Source: Candidatus Latescibacterota bacterium (GTDB taxonomy: Bacteria > Latescibacterota > UBA2968 > GCA-2709665). Taken from it: a DNA stretch of 64,000 bases. Location of the stretch: NCBI GenBank assembly GCA_965203805.1, contig OZ241917.1:5216001-5280000 (forward strand), read 5' to 3'. A program made the position numbers and the translations under genes. Numbering within the stretch: position 1 is the stretch's first letter; each line of letters opens with the position of its first letter. This document shows positions 1 to 10,569 of this stretch, in pieces. The notes under the pieces are model-generated. The model saw nothing but the letters and a program-made list of their open reading frames with translations. It searched no databases and was not told where the DNA came from.

Positions 1-101
1 CCCGGGCAGCCGGGCCCGCGCTACCGGTTGTGCCCCCCTCCGGATCTGATTATCTTGACCGCTGGCGCGGCATATCCAAAAAGGAAAAAAGGAGCGGATC
101 G

Positions 102-2294
102 ATGGCTGTTGAGATTGGCGGCTTGAGGGTTAGCGAGATCCTGTACAATCTGGTCAGGGACGAGATTGCTCCGGGTACGGATGTGGACCCTGGAGCATTC
201 TGGATTGCGTTGGGCGAGATCGTCCGGGAACTGGGTCCCGGGAACCGGGCGTTGCTGGAAAGGCGGGATCGTATTCAGGAGAAGATGGACCGGTGGTACC
301 GGGAGCGGAAGGGCCGGTCCCTGGACCGGGACGAGTACCGGGCATTTCTGGCCGACGTCGGCTACCTGGTGCCGGAGGGCGACCATTTCGAGCTGACCAC
401 GGCACGCGTGGATCCCGAAATCGCAAGCGTTGCCGGACCGCAGCTGGTGGTGCCGGTGGACAATGCGCGTTACGCGCTGAACGCGGCGAATGCGCGTTGG
501 GGCAGTCTTTACGACGCCCTGTACGGAACAGACGTGATTCCGGAGGAACCCGGCGCCGAAAAGGGCGACACTTACAACCCGGTCCGGGGGGCGCGGGTGA
601 TTGCGGCGGCGGAAGCGTTTCTGGATGACGCGGCGGGTCTGGCGTCCGGTCGCTGGTCGGAGGCGACGGGTTTTGCCCTGGAAGACGCTGGCGGGGCCCA
701 ACGGCTCGTTGTCGCGCTGCGGAGTGGTACGGAGGTCGGACTCGCTGACCCCGAACAGTTCGCCGGGTACCGGAAGGACCGGGGCGAACTTTCGAGCGCG
801 CTGCTGGTGAACAACGGTCTTCACATCGAGATCAGCATCGATCACGACCATCCCGTAGGCGCCGCGCATCCGGCAGGTGTCAATGACGTCCTGCTGGAGG
901 CGGCGGTGACGACGATCCAGGACTGCGAGGATTCGGTATCGGCCGTGGACGCACAGGACAAGGCGAGGGTGTACGCCAACTGGAACGGCATCATGAAAGG
1001 CACGTTGGAAACGACCTTCGAAAAGGGAGACCGGGAGATTACGCGGCGTCTGAATCCGGACCGGGAATTTACGGCGCCGGACGGCGGGGCCTTCGTCCTG
1101 CCGGGACGGAGCCTCCTGCTGGTGCGGAACGTCGGCATCCACATGTACACCGATAGCGTGACGAGCAGCGACGGCGAGGAGATTCCCGAGGGGTTCCTGG
1201 ACGCGATGGTGACCGCACTTGCGGCCAAACACGATTTGAAGCGGGAAGGCGAATTCGTCAACAGCCGCGCGGGCAGCATTTACATCGTGAAACCCAAACT
1301 GCACGGCCCGGATGAGGTCGCGGCCACGATCGATCTGTTCGAACGCGTGGAAGCGGCGCTGGGACTGGAGCGCAATACGCTCAAGGTCGGCATTATGGAT
1401 GAAGAGCGCAGGACCACGGTAAACCTGAAAGCGGCGATTCGTGAGGCACGGGATCGTGTGGTGTTCATCAATACAGGTTTCCTGGACCGTACAGGCGACG
1501 AGATCCATACGAGCATGGAAGCCGGTCCGATGCATCCGAAGGCGGACATCAGGGCGCAACCCTGGCTTGCGTCGTACGAGGACTGGAACGTGGACGTGGG
1601 GGTGGAGACCGGCTTCAGCGGCAGGGGGCAGATCGGGAAAGGGATGTGGACGATGCCGGACGAGATGCGGGAGATGGTGGAGACCAAGGTTGGACATCCG
1701 GAAGCGGGCGCGAGCACGGCGTGGGTACCGTCCCCCACGGCGGCGGTTCTTCACGCCATGCACTATCATCGGGTGGACGTGGCGGCCAGACAGGCGGAGC
1801 TTGCCCGGCGGGAGCGGGCGAGTCTGGACGAAATCCTGACGCCGCCGCTGCTTGACAGGGAATTGTCGCCAGGCGAGATCCAGCGGGAGCTGGACAACAA
1901 CGCCCAGGGCATCCTGGGCTACGTCGTGCGTTGGGTGGACCAGGGCGTGGGTTGCTCGAAGGTTCCGGATATCAACGACGTGGGCCTGATGGAAGACCGG
2001 GCGACGCTGCGCATTTCCAGCCAGCACATCGCCAACTGGCTGCACCACGGGATTGTGAGCGAGGAACAGGTGCGGGCGACGTTCGAGAAAATGGCGGCAT
2101 TGGTCGACGAACAGAACAGCGGAGACCCGGAATATCGGAATATGGCGCCGGACTTCGAGCGAAGCGTCGCGTTTCAGGCGGCGCTGGACCTGGTTTTCGA
2201 CGGCACGGCGGAGCCGAACGGCTACACCGAACGCGTGCTTCACCAGCGGCGGCGCGAAGTGAAAAAGCGGGGAGACGCAAGACGTGAGACGTGA
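102..2294 (+). CDS. glcB: Malate synthase G
   Basis: Motifs [64 protein letters not shown]. Start placed at ATG 102 behind AAGGAG rather than ORF-track start 30. Confidence 0.97.
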   Translation: MAVEIGGLRVSEILYNLVRDEIAPGTDVDPGAFWIALGEIVRELGPGNRALLERRDRIQEKMDRWYRERKGRSLDRDEYRAFLADVGYLVPEGDHFELTTARVDPEIASVAGPQLVVPVDNARYALNAANARWGSLYDALYGTDVIPEEPGAEKGDTYNPVRGARVIAAAEAFLDDAAGLASGRWSEATGFALEDAGGAQRLVVALRSGTEVGLADPEQFAGYRKDRGELSSALLVNNGLHIEISIDHDHPVGAAHPAGVNDVLLEAAVTTIQDCEDSVSAVDAQDKARVYANWNGIMKGTLETTFEKGDREITRRLNPDREFTAPDGGAFVLPGRSLLLVRNVGIHMYTDSVTSSDGEEIPEGFLDAMVTALAAKHDLKREGEFVNSRAGSIYIVKPKLHGPDEVAATIDLFERVEAALGLERNTLKVGIMDEERRTTVNLKAAIREARDRVVFINTGFLDRTGDEIHTSMEAGPMHPKADIRAQPWLASYEDWNVDVGVETGFSGRGQIGKGMWTMPDEMREMVETKVGHPEAGASTAWVPSPTAAVLHAMHYHRVDVAARQAELARRERASLDEILTPPLLDRELSPGEIQRELDNNAQGILGYVVRWVDQGVGCSKVPDINDVGLMEDRATLRISSQHIANWLHHGIVSEEQVRATFEKMAALVDEQNSGDPEYRNMAPDFERSVAFQAALDLVFDGTAEPNGYTERVLHQRRREVKKRGDARRET

Positions 2295-2400
2295 GAGATT
2301 GCCTGCCCTGTGCGGTTTCGTTTCTTGCCGGAGGCTTAAAGGAAGAGGCAATCGGGCAAGGATGTCATCTACCGTCTTCCGTCTCCCGTCTCACCGGTTT
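2263..2400. repeat. Dispersed element with inverted heptamer arms (GAGACGY / CGTCTCA-like), copy A
   Basis: Left arm GGGAGACGCAAGACGTGAGACGTGAGAG and right arm CCGTCTTCCGTCTCCCGTCTCACCG. Core 2304-2397 aligns with 25515-25599. Confidence 0.7.
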
Positions 2401-2499
2401 CAGGTTGTTCATTGACTTTTGCCCCGTGCGTATTAACTTTGGCATGAATTACCCATACCGGCGTCAGATCGGGATTATCGAGAATCAGGAGGGCAGGAT

Positions 2500-4692
2500 A
2501 TGCAGGCCCAGGGCGAATTGAAATCCGTCGGGCAGCGGGTGGCCAGGCTGAACGGACCGGATATCGTGACGGGGCGGATTCAGTATGCCGACGACATCCA
2601 GCTTCCGGGGATGTTGTATGGCCGCATCCTCCGCAGTCCGCACGGTCACGCGCGTATCCGGAAGATCGATACCTCTCGCGCCGGAAAGCTGCCCGGGGTG
2701 GTGGACGTGGTGTGCGGCCCGGACGTGCCCGAGCTGTCTGTCTTCGAGTCCGAAGAGGTCTGCTATCAGGGGCAGAAGGTGGCGGCCGTGGCGGCCGTGG
2801 ATCCGGATATCGCGGAGGACGCCCTTGCGTTGATCGAGGTGGACTATGAAGTGTTGCCGGCGGTTGTGGATCCCGTACACGCCATGGATCCGGACGCTCC
2901 GGAGGCCGTCCTGGGTGCGCCAACCGAGGATGTAAGGGATCCGGAAGGCAGAAGGCTGCAGAACGTGACCGCCTATAATGTACTGGAAGAGGGAGACGTT
3001 GAACAGGGCTTCGAGGATGCGGACGCCGTTGTCGAGGCGGAATACCAGGTGCCCTTCTTCAATCAGACCTACATGGAGCCGAACGCGGCCACGGCGCGCG
3101 TGGAGGCGGACGGAAGGCTGACGGTTTGGGCCGCTGGACAGGGTACATTCACGAAACGGGAGGGCCTCGCGGAGGCGCTGAACATCCCCGAGGGGCGCAT
3201 CCGGGTGATTATGACGGAAACGGGCGGCAGCTTCGGAGGCAAGAACCGGATCAATATCGAGGCGCACACGGCGCTGCTGGCCATGCGTACGGGTCGCCCT
3301 GTAAGGGTTACGATCAACAGGGGGGAAGATTTCCGGGACAGCCGACCGGGGCCCGGGTGCTGGGTGCGGTTGAAAACGGGCGCGCGCAAGGACGGAACGC
3401 TCACGGCCGTTGAAGGGCGAATCGTATGGGACGGCGGCGTTCAGGGCAGCGGTGGGGCCGCGAACCGGTTGCTGGGACCCTACAGGATCCCGCACGTCAG
3501 GCTGGAGGGGATGGCCGTCCGGACCAACAAACCCGGGCCGGGCGCGTATCGGGCCCCCGGAGGGCCGCAGACGGCGCTGGCGAGGGAGTCCAACCTGGAT
3601 ATGCTGGCTCACAAGCTAGGTATCGACCCGGTGGAAATCCGTTTGAAGAACGGTTTGAGCAAGGGCGACCAGCCGGTGATCCAGCACGACTGGCTCAAAG
3701 ACACCATCCGCAAGACCGCCGGGTCCGCAGGATGGGGACGGCGAGAGCTGAAGCCCAATCAGGGCATGGGAATCGCGGTTGGAGACTGGCACAACGCCTC
3801 CGGTCCGACCAACGCGTTCGTGACGATGTCGGCGGACGGATCCGTAGCCCTGGTGACCGGGCAGGTGGACATCACGGGTCTGCATACGGTAATGGCGCAG
3901 GTGGCGGCCGAGGAACTGGGCGTCCCGGTCGAAAAGGTGACGGTGCGTCTCGGCGACACGGATACCGTGCCCTACGCGTCGTTGAGCGCGGGAAGCAAGG
4001 CGGCGTATTCGGCCGGAACGGCGGCGAGGGAGGCGGCCCGGGAGGCACGCGACCAGTTGTTGCGTATGGCCTCCGAAAAACTGGAGGCCGCCGTCGACGA
4101 CCTGGTCATCGCAAACGAGCGGGTGCAGATCGTCGGTTCGCCCGACCATGCCATCGGCCTGGGCGAATTGGCCGCCGAAGCGATCGAGTCCAGCGGCGCC
4201 GTCAACGGCCGGTGCGTGCTGAGCAGTGTTCCCACCTATCCCTCGTATTCGGTAAACGTCGCCACCGTGGAGGTGGACCCTGGCACGGGACAGGTCCGAC
4301 TGATCGACCTGGTGGCCGGGCAGGACGTGGGCAGGGCGCTCAACCCCCTTCTGGTGGAGGGTCAGATACAGGGCGGCGCCATACAGTCAATCGGGTTCGG
4401 CCTGATGGAGGGTTACCGGTATGACGAGACGGGCCGGATGCTGAATCCCAATCTATTGGACTATGCCATCCCCACGGCGCTGGACGTGCCCAACATTCAG
4501 ACGGTGATGGTCGAAGACCCGTGCGAGCACGGGCCCTACGGCGGCAAGGGGGTAGGGGAGCCACCGATTATCCCGGGAGGCGCGGCGGTGGCCAACGCGA
4601 TCTTCGACGCCGTGGGCGCGAGGGTCCGGGAACTCCCCATGACGCCTGAGCGGGTGGTAGCGGCGTTGCAGGAAGCCAACAACGGACGGTAA
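2500..4692 (+). CDS. Xanthine dehydrogenase/CoxL-family molybdopterin-binding large subunit
   Basis: LRSPHGHARI, GGSFGGK, AYRAPG, GRALNP-VEGQIQGG, KGVGEPP; RBS AGGAGG upstream. Confidence 0.93.
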   Translation: MQAQGELKSVGQRVARLNGPDIVTGRIQYADDIQLPGMLYGRILRSPHGHARIRKIDTSRAGKLPGVVDVVCGPDVPELSVFESEEVCYQGQKVAAVAAVDPDIAEDALALIEVDYEVLPAVVDPVHAMDPDAPEAVLGAPTEDVRDPEGRRLQNVTAYNVLEEGDVEQGFEDADAVVEAEYQVPFFNQTYMEPNAATARVEADGRLTVWAAGQGTFTKREGLAEALNIPEGRIRVIMTETGGSFGGKNRINIEAHTALLAMRTGRPVRVTINRGEDFRDSRPGPGCWVRLKTGARKDGTLTAVEGRIVWDGGVQGSGGAANRLLGPYRIPHVRLEGMAVRTNKPGPGAYRAPGGPQTALARESNLDMLAHKLGIDPVEIRLKNGLSKGDQPVIQHDWLKDTIRKTAGSAGWGRRELKPNQGMGIAVGDWHNASGPTNAFVTMSADGSVALVTGQVDITGLHTVMAQVAAEELGVPVEKVTVRLGDTDTVPYASLSAGSKAAYSAGTAAREAAREARDQLLRMASEKLEAAVDDLVIANERVQIVGSPDHAIGLGELAAEAIESSGAVNGRCVLSSVPTYPSYSVNVATVEVDPGTGQVRLIDLVAGQDVGRALNPLLVEGQIQGGAIQSIGFGLMEGYRYDETGRMLNPNLLDYAIPTALDVPNIQTVMVEDPCEHGPYGGKGVGEPPIIPGGAAVANAIFDAVGARVRELPMTPERVVAALQEANNGR

Positions 4693-4707
4693 GAGGAGGT
4701 CGAAGAA

Positions 4708-5604
4708 TTGAATCGTTTCGAATATTTCGCTCCCGCGACCGTGCGGGAGGCCGTTGAGGTACTGAACGACCGCCCGGGCGCGAAGTTGCTCGCCGGGGGC
4801 ACCGACCTGCTGGTGCAGATGAAGGAACGGATGCGTACCCCCGATACACTGGTGGATATCCGGCGGATTCCCGGCGCTGACGAACTCCGCTTCGACAGCA
4901 AATCCGGACTCACGATCGGGGCGGCCGTGACCATGCGTCAGGTGGAGCTTATGCCGGCTGCACAATCACATTACGCGGGTCTCGCCGAAGGCGCCCGTGT
5001 GGTGGGATCCTTTCAGATCCGAAACCTCGCGACCATCGTCGGCAATATCTGCAATGCGGCGCCTTCCGCGGATGCGGCGCCGGGATTGATCGTACACGGC
5101 GCGAAGGTGAAGGTCGCCGGTCCGACGGGACGGCGCGCAATGCTCGTGGAGAATTTCATGACGGGTCCCGGCCGGACCACGCTCCGGGACGGAGAATTCG
5201 TGGTTGGCCTCCACGTTCCGGTTCCATCTGCGCGGACCGGGTCGGCCTATATGCGGCACACGCCCAGGGGCGCAATGGATATCGCGATGGTGGGTGTGGG
5301 CGCGGCCGTGACGCTGGCGCCGAGAACCCGCGCCTGCCAGGACGTCCGCATCGTGCTGGGCGCCGTGGCGCCCACGCCCCTCCGGGCGAGGGCGGCCGAG
5401 CGGTTGCTGAAAGGACAGCGGCTGACCGGTGAGCTGATCGCCAGGGCGGCGGAAACGGCGGCTGAAGAGGCCCGCCCGATCAGTGACGTGAGGGGCTCGG
5501 CGGAATTCAGACGCGAGATGGTGCGGGTGTTGACGGGTCGGATGGTTAGTGCGGCGTTCGAAAACGCGCAGGAACGGTCGGGCAACAAAAGGAGGGCGGC
5601 GTGA
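4708..5604 (+). CDS. Molybdenum hydroxylase FAD-binding medium subunit (CoxM/XdhB family)
   Basis: LAGGTDLL, QIRNLATIVGNICNAAPSAD, PISDVRGSAEFR; TTG start with RBS GAGGAGG. Confidence 0.93.
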   Translation: MNRFEYFAPATVREAVEVLNDRPGAKLLAGGTDLLVQMKERMRTPDTLVDIRRIPGADELRFDSKSGLTIGAAVTMRQVELMPAAQSHYAGLAEGARVVGSFQIRNLATIVGNICNAAPSADAAPGLIVHGAKVKVAGPTGRRAMLVENFMTGPGRTTLRDGEFVVGLHVPVPSARTGSAYMRHTPRGAMDIAMVGVGAAVTLAPRTRACQDVRIVLGAVAPTPLRARAAERLLKGQRLTGELIARAAETAAEEARPISDVRGSAEFRREMVRVLTGRMVSAAFENAQERSGNKRRAA

Positions 5605-6098
5605 ACCACGAGATCCAATTGAACGTCAACGACACCGTCTACGACCTCTCTTTAGAGCCGCGTAAGACGCTGCTGGCCGTTTTGAGGGATCGCCTTGGGC
5701 TGACCGGCACCAAGGAGGGTTGCTCCACCGGCGACTGCGGCGCCTGTACGGTTCTGATCGACGGTGAGCCCGTCACGTCCTGCCTGGTACTCGCCGTTGC
5801 CGCCGCCGGTCGGGAAGTTACGACCGTGGAGGGTGTCGCGGACAAGGCCTCGTTGCATCCGGTCCAGGAGGCCATGGTAAGTTCGGGCGGGCTGCAGTGC
5901 GGCTTCTGCACGCCAGGATTCATTGTCTCATCCTATGGGCTTCTGCGGAAGAATCCCTCGCCGTCCGAGGATGAAATCCGGCGGGCCCTCGCCGGCAATC
6001 TCTGCCGGTGTACCGGATATACGAAAATTGTGGAGGCGGTGCAGGAGGCCGCAAAGCGAATGGCCGGTAAAAAGGAACGGAAACGGGCAGCCGCGTAG
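5601..6098 (+). CDS. Molybdenum hydroxylase (2Fe-2S) small subunit (CoxS/XdhC family)
   Basis: GCSTGDCGACTV, QCGFCTPG, NLCRCTGY; 4-bp overlap with upstream gene. Confidence 0.95.
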   Translation: MNHEIQLNVNDTVYDLSLEPRKTLLAVLRDRLGLTGTKEGCSTGDCGACTVLIDGEPVTSCLVLAVAAAGREVTTVEGVADKASLHPVQEAMVSSGGLQCGFCTPGFIVSSYGLLRKNPSPSEDEIRRALAGNLCRCTGYTKIVEAVQEAAKRMAGKKERKRAAA

Positions 6099-6314
6099 AC
6101 CCTTGGGCTGATCCGGTGAAATCGGCAACGAAAAAACGCCGTGTCTTATGACGCGGCGTTGTTCGCTATCAGGTGGTTTACCAGTGGTAAACTGCTGAAA
6201 TGAACCGGATTCACGACGCATTGAGAATCTGGTCTTTAAATCCCCGCCAATGGGACCAGAGATATCATCACCTCGTCCTGTTGGCGATATGGAAACCGGA
6301 GGAATGAACGCGCC

Positions 6315-7334
6315 ATGGCGAAATTCAAGGCGGGCATCATCGGATGCGGGGGCCGGGGCCGCGGTCATGCGGAGGGGTATGCCGCATCGCCCGAGGTCGA
6401 AATCGTGGCGTGCGCGGATCCGGCCGAGGCGGCCAGGGGAAACCTGGCGGAACAATTCGACGTTTCGCAAACCTACGGCGACTACCGGGAAATGCTGGCG
6501 CGTGAGGACCTCGACATCGTCAGCGTGTGTACCTGGATCGGGATGCACCGGGAGATGGTCATCGCGGCGGCCGAGAGCGGCGCGCGGGCCATTCATTCCG
6601 AGAAGCCGATGGCGCCCACGTGGGGCGATGCGAAAGCGATGGTTCAGGCCTGCGGCGACCATGGCGTCACCATTACGTTCTGCCACCAGCGTCGTTTCGA
6701 GCGGTCTTTCAAAAAGGCGAAGGCCCTGGTACATGAAGGGGCGATCGGGCAGCTTATCCGGGTGGAAGGCGCGTGCTCCAATCTGCTCGACTGGGGCACG
6801 CACTGGTTCGATATGTTCTTCTTCTACAATGACGACGCGCCCGCCGAGTGGGTGCTGGGGCAGGTCGACGCTTCCGAAAGGCGCGAAATATTCGGCGTGG
6901 AGGTGGAAGCGGGCGGGCTTTCGTGGGTGCGCTGGCGGAACGGGCTGGAGGGATTGCTCGCTACCGGCGACGCGGCCCTGAAGGGCGTAGCGAACCGGCT
7001 GATCGGCACGGACGGGATCATCGAAGTGATTGGAGGGCGAGACAGGCCCCCGATCCGGATCATGCGCCCGGGCTCGGACTGGGAGGTTCCCGATCTGCCG
7101 GGGCCGCAGGTGAATCCGACCGTGCTCTCGGTGCTGGACCTGGTGGATTGCGTCAAGACGGGGCGCGAACCGGTGTTGAGCGGTCGGAAGGCGTTGCAGG
7201 CAACGGAGCTGATCTTTGCGACCTATGAGTCCAGTCGTCGTCGCGGGCGGGTGGACCTGCCCCTGGACGTGGAGGATTCCGCGCTGCTGACCATGCTGGA
7301 CGAAGGGACGATCGGCGGGGAGAGAAGCGATTGA
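6315..7334 (+). CDS. Gfo/Idh/MocA family oxidoreductase
   Basis: N-terminal GIIGCGG Rossmann motif, EKP motif, DWGTH; RBS GGAGG. Confidence 0.9.
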   Translation: MAKFKAGIIGCGGRGRGHAEGYAASPEVEIVACADPAEAARGNLAEQFDVSQTYGDYREMLAREDLDIVSVCTWIGMHREMVIAAAESGARAIHSEKPMAPTWGDAKAMVQACGDHGVTITFCHQRRFERSFKKAKALVHEGAIGQLIRVEGACSNLLDWGTHWFDMFFFYNDDAPAEWVLGQVDASERREIFGVEVEAGGLSWVRWRNGLEGLLATGDAALKGVANRLIGTDGIIEVIGGRDRPPIRIMRPGSDWEVPDLPGPQVNPTVLSVLDLVDCVKTGREPVLSGRKALQATELIFATYESSRRRGRVDLPLDVEDSALLTMLDEGTIGGERSD

Positions 7335-7353
7335 GTCGTTGCGGAAACGGACA

Positions 7354-7396
7354 AGCATCGGGTTAGTGACCGGTATCGCTGACTGACTATCACTAA
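7354..7396 (+). pseudogene. higB: Collapsed remnant of a HigB-family toxin gene
   Basis: AGCATC-GG-GTTAGTGACCGGTATCGC reads SI(R)VSDRYR with a 1-nt loss. It is followed by ACTGACTATCACTAA (TDYH*), the typical HigB C-terminus, directly upstream of higA. Confidence 0.55.
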
Positions 7397-7412
7397 ATAA
7401 TCTGGAGGCAAA

Positions 7413-7700
7413 ATGCTGCCGGAAAACCGAATTACGACCCATCCTGGGGAAGTTCTTCTGGAAGAATTCCTGAAGCCCCTGGAAATTACTCAGGTGGCGT
7501 TCGCCAGGCACATCGAAGTACCTATCCAGAGGGTGAACGAGATCATCCGTGGCAAACGAGGAGTAACCCCGAATACCGCCTGGCTGTTTGCTCAAGCTCT
7601 GGGAACGACGCCGGAGTTATGGTTAAATCTACAACGAAATCATGACCTGGCCAAAAGTCGACCCGTTAGGGAAATACAGAGACTTCAATCGGTTGGATAA
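7413..7700 (+). CDS. higA: HigA family addiction module antitoxin (Xre HTH)
   Basis: THPGEVLLEEFLKPL, RVNEIIRGKRGVT, GTTPELWLNLQ; RBS GGAGG. Confidence 0.93.
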   Translation: MLPENRITTHPGEVLLEEFLKPLEITQVAFARHIEVPIQRVNEIIRGKRGVTPNTAWLFAQALGTTPELWLNLQRNHDLAKSRPVREIQRLQSVG

Positions 7701-7724
7701 ACCAGGATTCACCAGGAGGATGAC

Positions 7725-8354
7725 GTGAGTTTTGACGTCTATGATTTTCGAACGGATGTGTGCAACATGCTCGTCACGCCCTGGATCCGGTCGCGTTTCT
7801 TGCGGATGGAGCCTGGCGAATCTGCATCTCTGCACAGCCACGATCTGGGCCACGAGATCTTCCTTGTGCTCGCCGGCCGGGCTGAGTTTACGATCGACGG
7901 CGGCGTCAGGGAGGTGGGTCCCGGACAGCTGTGCGTGGCGCTCGCCGACGAAATCCACTCGGTGCGGACCGTGGGAGATGAGCCGATGACGATGTACCTG
8001 TCCGTCACCCCGCACATCCAGCCCACGCACACGGGTCGGACCGGGGCCGGCGAGCGGTTGCCGACCCGCTTCGCGCCTTCGCACACGTACGACGTGGCGC
8101 CGGACGACTCACCATCGATGACAGATGTGGTCGATCGCAACATGGAGGCGGCCCGCGCCCTGGCGCGTGATGCGGCGGCGCTGGTCCGGACGCAGGAGGA
8201 GACGGCGGGTCGATTTCACGGCGCCAGGGAGGACGCCGTCGAGGCCAGAGAAGCGGTGTGGGAGGCGCTATACAGTGTGTTCAAGCACGCGTACGATCTC
8301 GGGGACGCGTGGAACGTGCTGGCGGACCGCGTCGAACGGATGCCGGACGGTTAG
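7725..8354 (+). CDS. Cupin domain protein with C-terminal helical region
   Basis: LHSHD-x4-EIFLVLAG and second cupin motif ending DEIHSV; GTG start with AGGAG. Confidence 0.8.
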   Translation: MSFDVYDFRTDVCNMLVTPWIRSRFLRMEPGESASLHSHDLGHEIFLVLAGRAEFTIDGGVREVGPGQLCVALADEIHSVRTVGDEPMTMYLSVTPHIQPTHTGRTGAGERLPTRFAPSHTYDVAPDDSPSMTDVVDRNMEAARALARDAAALVRTQEETAGRFHGAREDAVEAREAVWEALYSVFKHAYDLGDAWNVLADRVERMPDG

Positions 8355-8421
8355 GCTCGGTCGTTTCCATTCGCCGCGGTTCTTCCGCGGCTCCGGATTC
8401 CGGGGAGAAAGGGCAATCCAC

Positions 8422-9513
8422 ATGGCTCCCGTCAAGCTGGGCGTCGTAGGTTGCGGCGCAATCGCACAGATACAGCATCTGCCGAATCTGGCGGGATTGC
8501 AAGAGGAATTCGAGGTCGCAATGGTATGCGATCTGTCGCCGGGGCTTGCCGCCTGGGCGGCAGAGACGTTCCACGTGCCCGCTTCGGTGACGGATTATCG
8601 GCGGCTTGTCGCGTCGGACGACGTGGAGGCGGTGCTCCTGTGCCATTCGGACCCGAAGACCGATGCTGCCGTGGCCGCGCTGGAGGCCGGAAAGCACGTG
8701 CTGATTGAAAAGCCGGTCTGCTTTACGCTCCGGGAGGTGGATGCGATTGCACAGGCGGCTGACCGGGCCGGCGTGGTGGCGCAGGCGGGTTATATGAAGG
8801 TGTACGATCCGGCGTTCGAGACGGCGAAAGCCGAGGTGGACGGGATGACGGATATTCGCTTCGTCCAGGTGAACCATCTGCACCCGGACAACCGGCTCCA
8901 TCTGCGTCAGTTCAGGCTGAAGCGGTTTGACGACCTGCCCGCGGGACCCGTGGCGGAGACGCATGCAGCCCGGCAGTCGGCGGTTCGCGAGGCGATCGGC
9001 GAGGCGCCGGAAGACGCGGTTCGCGCGTTCTTCACGCTATCGGGAAGCATGATCCACGACTTGTATTGTCTTCGTGCAATGATGGGGACGCCGGAGTCGG
9101 TGGTCAGCACGGAGGTTTGGAACGAAGGGCGGGCGATTTCAACAGTACTGTCATACAGTAACGGCGCGCGTTGCGTGGCATCCTGGGTGGACCTGCCGGA
9201 CCTCTGGGATTTCAGGGAGACCCTTGAAGTGTACAGCGCCGACCGGCGCGTGCTGGTTTCATATTCCACCGGGTTCGCAAGGGGGATTCTGTCTACGGTT
9301 GTCGTCTACGAGATGGACCCCCGCGGGGAGACGTCCGCCCGGCGGCCGGCGGTTGCATGGGAGAGCCCATTCGTGCGCGAACTGCGTCACTTCCATTCGT
9401 GCATTGCCGGGCAGGACGCCTGCCGGACGCCGGTGACCGACGCCAGGGAGGACATCGGGCTGATTATCGATATCACCCGGCGTTACATGGAGCGCGGGCC
9501 GAAAACGGAATAG
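8422..9513 (+). CDS. Gfo/Idh/MocA family oxidoreductase
   Basis: MAPVKLGVVGCG, GKHVLIEKP, GYMKVYDP, MIHD; start reassigned to ATG 8422. Confidence 0.9.
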   Translation: MAPVKLGVVGCGAIAQIQHLPNLAGLQEEFEVAMVCDLSPGLAAWAAETFHVPASVTDYRRLVASDDVEAVLLCHSDPKTDAAVAALEAGKHVLIEKPVCFTLREVDAIAQAADRAGVVAQAGYMKVYDPAFETAKAEVDGMTDIRFVQVNHLHPDNRLHLRQFRLKRFDDLPAGPVAETHAARQSAVREAIGEAPEDAVRAFFTLSGSMIHDLYCLRAMMGTPESVVSTEVWNEGRAISTVLSYSNGARCVASWVDLPDLWDFRETLEVYSADRRVLVSYSTGFARGILSTVVVYEMDPRGETSARRPAVAWESPFVRELRHFHSCIAGQDACRTPVTDAREDIGLIIDITRRYMERGPKTE

Positions 9514-9532
9514 CCTGAAGTCGAAGACGATT

Positions 9533-9570
9533 CAGAAAAGCCCGGGGCGATCTCCGGGCTTTTCTGTTTC
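9533..9570. terminator. Bidirectional intrinsic terminator
   Basis: CAGAAAAGCCCGG-loop-CCGGGCTTTTCTG between convergent genes. Confidence 0.85.
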
Positions 9571-9597
9571 TGCAAGTTCCGTGTGGGCAACAGGCCT

Positions 9598-10569
9598 CTA
9601 TCGGGGACCATCCGAAACCGGGTAGAGCGTCAGCCTGCCTTTCCTTCCCGCGCCTTCATCGGCGACGATGAGCGTACCGTCCGAGGCGAAGGTAATTCCT
9701 TCGACCTGTCGATGCCACCGGGCTTGAAACTTCCTGACGTTGAGCACCTTCCCGTCGGGCGTCATTTCCGCGATCGCCCCCTGGCGGGCGGCCAAGACAT
9801 AGTAGTTCCCCGATACAGGATGCCGTTCGATCCCCGAGGGTTGGAATTTTCGGCCTTTGATGTGTCTCGCAAATCTCTTGACAGGTATCACGATTCGTAC
9901 ATCTTCATTCAATTGCCTCTTGTCAAGTGACCAGTGGTATATTGCCAGCTTCCGTTCCATTTCCAGGCTGCGAGCGTCCTTGCACATCAACAGGAGTCCC
10001 CGACGGCTCCGGTCATACGTCAAGCCCTCTATTTCGCAATCTCTTCCCACGCCGGTCGCGTAGACGTTAAAGAGAACGGATTCGCCGGGAGATCCCTCGC
10101 GAAACTCGAACAGCCGCCCCGAACTTGAGACGAGGTAGATCCTGTCGTCAGTTGCGGCAACCCCCTCGAAATCGCCGGCAACCGGAAAACTCATATCCGA
10201 TAACTGGAATGACTTGACGATTGACCCATTCCGATAATCGATCTCGAAAACGATCGCTCTTTCGTCGTTGTGCGCCAGAAGCCGGTTGTCTGCGGTCATC
10301 GCCAGTCCGGAGACCTCCTCCAGTTCCCTGGGGAGCTTCCAATGTGTCGCGGTCTCGGGTTCCAGGGGATAGCTGTCGAGAGATATTCTCCGTTTCGATG
10401 CCGCGGCTGCGTCCGCCTGCGAGATGACGCCTGAAATACCCTTAGTCGTGTCGACCAAATCTCCAGCGACTTCCGCGGATGCACTCGTTCCTGCTCCCGT
10501 CGCCAGCATATAGAGAAGAATGCCGAAACCAGGACAGTTGAGCGGAAATTTAGTCTTGATGTTATTCAT
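9598..10569 (-). CDS. SdiA-regulated/YjiK-like (phytase-like beta-propeller) exported protein
   Basis: Repeated E(V/I)SGL, DFEGVA, EIEGLTY, QPSGI, QVEGIT blades ending LIVADEG; hydrophobic N-terminus. Confidence 0.75.
   Translation of the reverse strand: MNNIKTKFPLNCPGFGILLYMLATGAGTSASAEVAGDLVDTTKGISGVISQADAAAASKRRISLDSYPLEPETATHWKLPRELEEVSGLAMTADNRLLAHNDERAIVFEIDYRNGSIVKSFQLSDMSFPVAGDFEGVAATDDRIYLVSSSGRLFEFREGSPGESVLFNVYATGVGRDCEIEGLTYDRSRRGLLLMCKDARSLEMERKLAIYHWSLDKRQLNEDVRIVIPVKRFARHIKGRKFQPSGIERHPVSGNYYVLAARQGAIAEMTPDGKVLNVRKFQARWHRQVEGITFASDGTLIVADEGAGRKGRLTLYPVSDGPR

Noticed and set aside
21-2351. 776-aa minus-strand ORF
   Set aside because: Antisense shadow of glcB in high-GC DNA; no recognisable motifs.
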